This document shows positions 36,780 through 44,405 of a stretch of 44,405 nucleotides of DNA, piece after piece. Origin of the DNA: Welwitschia mirabilis (lineage: Eukaryota); assembly GCA_051453625.1 (NCBI GenBank), contig JBOZIK010000001.1, forward strand, positions 6,318,686 through 6,363,090. Reading direction: 5' to 3'. The position numbers were made by a program, and so were the translations under genes. Positions within the stretch are counted from its first letter, which is position 1. Every line of letters starts with the position of its first letter. Under the pieces are notes generated by a model. That model had not been told where the DNA came from. It was given only the letters and a program-made list of their open reading frames with translations, and ran no database searches.

Positions 36780-37299
36780 NNNNNNNNNNNNNNNNNNNNN
36801 NNNNNNNNNNNNNNNNNNNNNNNNNNNNNNNNNNNNNNNNNNNNNNNNNNNNNNNNNNNNNNNNNNNNNNNNNNNNNNNNNNNNNNNNNNNNNNNNNNNN
36901 NNNNNNNNNNNNNNNNNNNNNNNNNNNNNNNNNNNNNNNNNNNNNNNNNNNNNNNNNNNNNNNNNNNNNNNNNNNNNNNNNNNNNNNNNNNNNNNNNNNN
37001 NNNNNNNNNNNNNNNNNNNNNNNNNNNNNNNNNNNNNNNNNNNNNNNNNNNNNNNNNNNNNNNNNNNNNNNNNNNNNNNNNNNNNNNNNNNNNNNNNNNN
37101 NNNNNNNNNNNNNNNNNNNNNNNNNNNNNNNNNNNNNNNNNNNNNNNNNNNNNNNNNNNNNNNNNNNNNNNNNNNNNNNNNNNNNNNNNNNNNNNNNNNN
37201 NNNNNNNNNNNNNNNNNNNNGCTTATTGAAGAATGAATCGTCTTCAAGAGTTGTAGTAATGGATTTAATTTTCTTAGACTAAAAAGAGCCTCTTTTTTA

Positions 37300-39170
37300 A
37301 AGTGAATACCTACCATTTTACCAAATTACCTTATGAAAGTTAATGTTTTATAATACATTTTGTCCACTAAAAGCACCAAGTCATACCATTATTGGGTAAT
37401 CTAGTTAGGGATCAAGGATAAGTAATTAGAGATAGGGTTGAGTTATAATGTAGAAAGGTGGTATTAAGGAAAAAAATTAAAAAAAGTCTTATAAAGGGGT
37501 AGCATAAAAATTATGAAGTCTTAAAATGGTGGAAAAATTGTTAGAAATAGATGTAAAGAAGATGTTGCTAATAGGATGTTCATCAATATTACTAAATTAA
37601 ATGTAATTGTTGTGAGAAAGATAAACCCTATCCAAATGATTAAGCATCAAATTAATTTCTTTCTACCTATTAAACCAAGTTGATATAGGAAAGATAATCT
37701 TTTCAACAAGATCTAGATGATTATATAAATGGAAGTGAGGAATTAGATCATTGAAGCAACCCACCTTAAGGAATCAAGGAAAAATAAACACTTTCTTATT
37801 CTATCTTTAGATGAGGTGACCATGTTAAAGTCACTCATAAATCACCAAATAACACTTGGAAAACCCTAAGAATTTCTTTAAAGAATTTATCTTTCTTTTG
37901 TATCATTGGGAGCATAGATAGAGATAATACCAAAAATGAAATTCTACTACTGAAGTTGGAGCCACATTACTGCATTACCATTAATAATATCATAGTCTAT
38001 AACTATTGGAATCAAAGAAGGATATACAAGTAGCATAAAATCATCCTAGCCTTAGGGTTCAGAGGTAGATAAGAATATATATCTAATTGTAATACAATTA
38101 TAGAAAAAATAAAGATCATTATAACACATATAGATTTAAGCTAGAACACTAATGGAAAATTGAAGACTATCAATTTTGAAACACTGGAAAAGATTTTGGT
38201 AGATCTTAATAAGAAATATGATGCATGTCAATGAAGTCATGCAGGAACTAGCATTGCAAGAAGTAAAGTTAATTATAGTGCAGGTGAAAGGTGTAAAGCT
38301 AGTTATAGTGGAGTTAAAGCAATAAAGCAAAAAAAGAAAATGACCATGGTACTTAACATGGTAAGCTTAAATAGTCATATAAAAGGGGTGTTTAAAATAA
38401 GTATCACTAAGAAGGTAGATTTAAGAAGAATAATAAGTGCTAAATAAAGCACAAGAAATACAGAATGAATCATATGCTTTCCATCCATTAAAATATAAAG
38501 TCTTGTATGAGGATATTCTAAAAAGAGATAAATCACATTGGGAAAAGAGATGAGGCATGCATTAGAATTTTATGATAAAAAGAAATAATTCATATATTAT
38601 GTTAGATTCATTAAGAAGGAATGTAGAGAAGCTATACAAAATAAATATCTGAAGATATAAGAGAACAAAGTTGGTCTTTTGATAGATTATATAAACATAA
38701 CTAAGTATGTAAACTTAATTGTAGCTATTACAATAAAGTGTCAGATAATGGATAGTAAGAAAACTTAGAATATCACTTTAATAAGGAAGTGTTCTACATG
38801 TTAAATTAGATAATTTGAAACATAGTCAAGGTGATACGCCAGAATTACAACTAGTGTTAGGTGTTGAATAATTTTGATGAAATATTCATATGGGTTAGTT
38901 TGATTATAGCTGAAAGTGTTTTTTAATAAACTTCAACTAATACAAAAATATTTTCATGGAATATAGGAATTTAGAAAGGTTATGATAGCCATAGATGAAA
39001 AACTAAAGTTTATTAGTAAAATAAAGACCTATCTAATAGTAGAAATGCTAATTCTATATAGTATTATGAATAATATTGGAGGAAAGTTTTCTATACTTTT
39101 TGAAGGTTATGATACTAGTTGCGGTTATAGTATAGTAAACCGAACTTAAGAATGATAAAATTTAATTCTT
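37300..39170 (+). mobile_element. Highly degraded Gypsy pol (protease to RT) remnant
   Basis: RT-like scraps near 38890-39110: WVSLII (cf. WVSPIV) and SIMNNIGGKFSILFEGY (cf. D.ILD.V.G...YSFLDG.SGY). Confidence 0.45.
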
Positions 39171-39399
39171 CCATAGCAATTATATAATTCTATTAAAACT
39201 TCTAGGATTAGTTACCATATTAAAATTGTAGAAACAAAGGATTAAAATAAAAGTAGAATATTATAGATTTGGTAAAGCCTTAATCTAATAATAACATAAT
39301 GTAATTAGAATAAATCAAGCCCACAAATTAATTTCACATGCTAAAATAAATAATAATTCTATTTATGTCTAAAATATTATAACAATTACATGATGATTA

Positions 39400-41400
39400 T
39401 TTTAATAGTAAATATGTATTTTTATAAAAGATAAAATAACATGTTAAATATGAAATGCGTCAATAATAACCATATAGATAAACATTAACAATAAGAAAAA
39501 AACATTTAAGATAGAAGTCATCATTAAAGATCAATGTCCCATTATGATGAATATCACCAATTATTATAATAATGCTTATGGTGTAGAATTAATACATCCT
39601 TAGCTTCATGTATTCAAGGACTAGCCTTCTAGCCTAAAGAAATTAAGTATCTCTAAAGATCCAAGTACAAATACAAAATGAATCCAAATTATAAGATAGA
39701 TTTTATGATAAGTTATTCCATAAGAAATGCATGGTTGTACATAGCCTTAAGGTTTAGGTAAATTATGATCCAAGGGTAAATGTTATAAAGTACTTTTTTT
39801 AAGAAGCATAACTTATGCTATTAGGGTTATGTTAAAAATATTTTTTAAATAAAATATATTTTTTAAGTACTTAATGTATAACTAAGACCCATATTTTAGT
39901 ATAAATTTCACCTCAAAATCTTAGCTTATTGCTTCGAAGCATCACTGTACTATAGTGTAGTTGTAACACTTATTAGGATGGTTCTATGAAGCTTTGTATA
40001 TTATTTTGCTAGGAATTTATTAATATGTATATTAATTAACCTATATAATAACCTAGAAAAACATATTTTAGCAATCTAAGACCTTAACATGATTCATAAG
40101 TGATAAGCATACTTGAGAAGTTAAAATATACAAAATCTATGTCTCAATACCAATCTTAAATAAATTTATAATGATGTGATTATATTTGTATAGTAATAAT
40201 TATTTTTTAAATAGTTATGATTGAACTTTTGATTCTCTTCCTTATTATTATCTGTCATATTATCTTATCTATGTTAAATCACTTTAAAATAGTCTGTTGA
40301 ATAATAAATGATATATCGGCTAAGTTCTTAATAAAAATAAGTTGATACTAATTTTTAAATATGGGCATGATAAACTTATCCATATTTAGTTAAGAAGATA
40401 TTTTTAACTAAACAGATGACACATGGTTGCATTTAAGGCATGCATTTAAGTTTCATGATTCAGGTATAACTATTGGCTGTAATAGTAAAAATAAATTAAT
40501 TAAGAATCTCATCTTAATGATTAAATGTCATTAAAAGATATATTTTGACAAAGAAAAAGGCTAAAAAAAAGATCATGAAGGAAGCCCTAATTTAGTAATC
40601 CATTCTACCAAATCATTTGAGAAAAAAGTAAGTGCATTATTAAAATTTATTTCCAAACTTTTAATATAAGATAATGTAATTTTTCTTAATAATTTTAGTC
40701 TTTTATAAAAACTTTTAAATCACATATAATTTTTGTTATAAGAGGATAAGATGTAATAAGTAGGTTAAACAACCAAATTTTACTCCTAAGGAGTACTTCA
40801 AGTTTATGTATGATGACAATGCATATATATTTAGGCTATCTTTGTAAAACATTATTACAAAAAATATTATGCAGAAATTCATGACAAAATTATTATTGCT
40901 AAATAAGGGACTATGCAACTCCATCTAAAGTCATTATAACTTGTTGTACCATTAACGAAATATTAAAAGAACCATTATTCATGTTAAATACTAATAGATA
41001 AGAGAGTTGATATGAATAATGAAAAATGACACTAATCCATTGTGAATTTTCTAGGAATTTTCTAGATGATAATCAATCCTTATTCATGATCTCTAGCTTA
41101 AAGAAAAACTTTGATATTTTTAAAGATTTATTTCTAGTAATGATAAATGAAGATCCAAGTTCCTAAATTTTTAGAAATGCCTTTAGACAAGTAATTTTGA
41201 ATTCCTACCATATTTTCAATTCTATAGTTATTTTACTTGTGTTTTCATAGAAAAATATAAAGTAATATGCCTTAATAAGATTAGAGTTATAAGAATAAAT
41301 GTAAAATCTTAGTCAGTTCTAAATATGAGCTTAAGGGGTAATCATAATGGGTAAAACTAAATCCAAGACATATAAATATGAGTTCATATCTTAGTTAGTA
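39400..41400 (-). mobile_element. Extremely degraded L1 ORF2 remnant
   Basis: Faint motifs in the expected order on the minus strand: GFLHDLF (~40575), LSRYIIY (cf. LSPYLF, ~40310), LLYKY (cf. LLYADD, ~40185) and KYVFLGY (cf. KYLG, ~40060). Confidence 0.4.
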
Positions 41401-42115
41401 GTAGTTGTTATATACTTTGATTAATGCTATATGATGATACTATTAGCTTAAAAACTCTTTTTTTGTTTTTTAAATCTATAATAGCCATATTTTATTTTGA
41501 TTTTTTCTTTAAAAAATTCAAATCTAGGATTTTTATAGTGTTTACACCACACCATTGTATATTTCATAGCAAATTTTAGAGTAGATTTTAATTCTAGAGG
41601 TTCATATCCCTTATAGACCCTTTTTACAATAGTTATTTTTTGTTTTAAGGATCTTTTTGAATTTCAATGTAGGTTTTAGTAGTATTTACAATCTACATTT
41701 ATAGCTTTCATGGTAATTTTATGAAGTAGATATTCATTTTAGAGATTAATATTTTTTTACTAGTATCCTTAACTATCAGTGAAACTAGAAGAGAAAGAAA
41801 AATGAATATTAGATTAAGAGAAGCATAAAACATCATAATTTTTTCATATAAAATGTTTTTCTATAGTTGCAATTTTTGAATGTGTTCACATAGGAGTTTA
41901 GAAGTATATTTAAGCTAAAAAACTTTTATTTTTTTTTTCATATTCTTAGATTATTTGGAAAAGGACCTAGATGTAAATATTTCTTTCTTTAAGAGTATAT
42001 ACTTTTCTTCAGTGATGAAAGTTTGGACATAGATATTACATTTTAGAGATTCTACTATCCTTAATAGTTTAAAAATTTTTAAATTAAATTTTTAAATTTA
42101 CTAAAAATATAATGT

Positions 42116-43272
42116 TGTAATACCCTATCTTTTCTTACCCTAATTAANNNNNNNNNNNNNNNNNNNNNNNNNNNNNNNNNNNNNNNNNNNNNNNNNNNNN
42201 NNNNNNNNNNNNNNNNNNNNNNNNNNNNNNNNNNNNNNNNNNNNNNNNNNNNNNNNNNNNNNNNNNNNNNNNNNNNNNNNNNNNNNNNNNNNNNNNNNNN
42301 NNNNNNNNNNNNNNNNNNNNNNNNNNNNNNNNNNNNNNNNNNNNNNNNNNNNNNNNNNNNNNNNNNNNNNNNNNNNNNNNNNNNNNNNNNNNNNNNNNNN
42401 NNNNNNNNNNNNNNNNNNNNNNNNNNNNNNNNNNNNNNNNNNNNNNNNNNNNNNNNNNNNNNNNNNNNNNNNNNNNNNNNNNNNNNNNNNNNNNNNNNNN
42501 NNNNNNNNNNNNNNNNNNNNNNNNNNNNNNNNNNNNNNNNNNNNNNNNNNNNNNNNNNNNNNNNNNNNNNNNNNNNNNNNNNNNNNNNNNNNNNNNNNNN
42601 NNNNNNNNNNNNNNNNNNNNNNNNNNNNNNNNNNNNNNNNNNNNNNNNNNNNNNNNNNNNNNNNNNNNNNNNNNNNNNNNNNNNNNNNNNNNNNNNNNNN
42701 NNNNNNNNNNNNNNNNNNNNNNNNNNNNNNNNNNGATACAATGGAACCTAGGATTAAATTTTACTTATTCCTTTATTAGCATTTTTATATTTGAGAAAAA
42801 TAAATCATATTATTATATATTTATTTATAATTAATGACTAGGTTATTTTGTTAACAAACAATACTGATGTCATAAGTTTGTATCCTCTAATTCTTTCTAG
42901 TTGTTCATCACATAGAAATATTTTGTTGTGAATAGTTTAGGAGATGTAAATTTATTATAAACANNNNNNNNNNNNNNNNNNNNNNNNNNNNNNNNNNNNN
43001 NNNNNNNNNNNNNNNNNNNNNNNNNNNNNNNNNNNNNNNNNNNNNNNNNNNNNNNNNNNNNNNNNNNNNNNNNNNNNNNNNNNNNNNNNNNNNNNNNNNN
43101 NNNNNNNNNNNNNNNNNNNNNNNNNNNCTTCATCTCGATATACCTCCAATATAAGTGATAGGTGGTACATGAGGTAGATGCTTTCTTTTAAATAATCCTC
43201 ACTTCCTTAAAACATCTCTGAATGACGAAGCATGATTCATTGATGTCAAGGAATCGAGATATTAAGTTGAAG
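42116..43272. mobile_element. Family A LTR copy (gapped, truncated)
   Basis: Starts TGTAATACCC...TTACCCTAATTAA; 42736-43272 is colinear with ~23040-23580. Confidence 0.75.
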
Positions 43273-43789
43273 CTATTGACAGAAGTCTGATGAGCCTGGT
43301 TGATGTTAGCTACTTTGATTTGAAGATGTATTTAATGATGAAAGATGTATCTAAGTAGCATAGATGTCTTTGGCTTATTAGATATCTTTCTGAAGTTTAG
43401 ATATTGACAAAAGATATCNNNNNNNNNNNNNNNNNNNNNNNNNNNNNNNNNNNNNNNNNNNNNNNNNNNNNNNNNNNNNNNNNNNNNNNNNNNNNNNNNN
43501 NNNNNNNNNNNNNNNNNNNNNNNNNNNNNNNNNNNNNNNNNNNNNNNNNNNNNNNNNNNNNNNNNNNNNNNNNNNNNNNNNNNNNNNNNNNNNNNNNNNN
43601 NNNNNNNNNNNNNNNNNNNNNNNNNNNNNNNNNNNNNNNNNNNNNNNNNNNNNNNNNNNNNNNNNNNNNNNNNNNNNNNNNNNNNNNNNNNNNNNNNNNN
43701 NNNNNNNNNNNNNNNNNNNNNNNNNNNNNNNNNNNNNNNNNNNNNNNNNNNNNNNNNNNNNNNNNNTTTCTTCAAATATGAAAATATTG

Positions 43790-44405
43790 TTCTTCTTTAA
43801 TGAAATGACATAATAACATCTTAAAATGATTTATTCAAAGGTTCAAAGATCATCAATCTTTGATCGGATTTTTTAAATACAACTTGAAATATTTCTTATT
43901 TATTGAAAGAAAGTTCTATTTCATCTTAATTACATGGTCTTTATCATGATATTTCTTCTAATCTTTAGATCTTAAATTATTTAAACAAAACATGATTTTA
44001 AAATGAAGAATTAAGCTATTTAAGCATAAGAAAACTGGAACAATGATGAATCTGAACTTATCTGAATCTTTCAGCATAAAATAAAGAATAAAGTTAAGCT
44101 AAAGCATTAACAAAAATGTGTAGTATAAATTCTCCAACATTTCATTCTTCTCTTTAAGAGTCATCACTTTAAAGTAAATTCATTACATCAATCAAGTCTT
44201 TTATAGAGGTGTTTGGAGTTTTCCATTTTTGTTCTAATCTATGTGAAATATAATTGATATAATTCCTTATAAAACACATTAATATTTTTTATGCCATAAA
44301 ATTCCTATGCTTACAACTTTCCAAATAATGGCTTTAACATATAACTGTGACACAAAACATATGATGTGTACATGTTGGACCACATTCAAATAATAATCCC
44401 TTCTT
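43790..44405 (-). mobile_element. Possible degraded L1 endonuclease region
   Basis: Faint minus-strand similarity only (LIDVMNL..., ...PVFLCLN...SSF). Confidence 0.3.

Noticed and set aside
1885..43781. Long ORFs consisting mostly of X
   Set aside because: Artefacts of translating N-gaps.

Overview
Gappy, very AT-rich draft scaffold from a land-plant nuclear genome (spliceosomal introns, plant RLCK kinase, group-3 LEA, tRNA-Met PBS). One intact gene is present: a two-exon non-RD receptor-like cytoplasmic kinase on the minus strand (19097-17289, 335 aa) with a W-box/CGCG-box-rich upstream region. Two disabled gene copies lie in the first 8 kb: a group-3 LEA whose four stops all replace Gln codons, and a 5'-only, intron-containing bystin (ENP1/BYSL) fragment. 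The rest is nested, heavily C>T/G>A-eroded retroelements: L1 LINEs, Copia and Gypsy remnants, two solo LTRs with 5-bp TSDs, a probable tRNA-derived SINE and minisatellites. Many short duplications flank gaps. I found no convincing wholly new system. The most notable signals are apparent non-CpG cytosine deamination disabling a gene copy, a possibly still-transcribed truncated bystin locus, and a higher-order trimeric repeat array. All alignments and family calls were made by eye and from memory.
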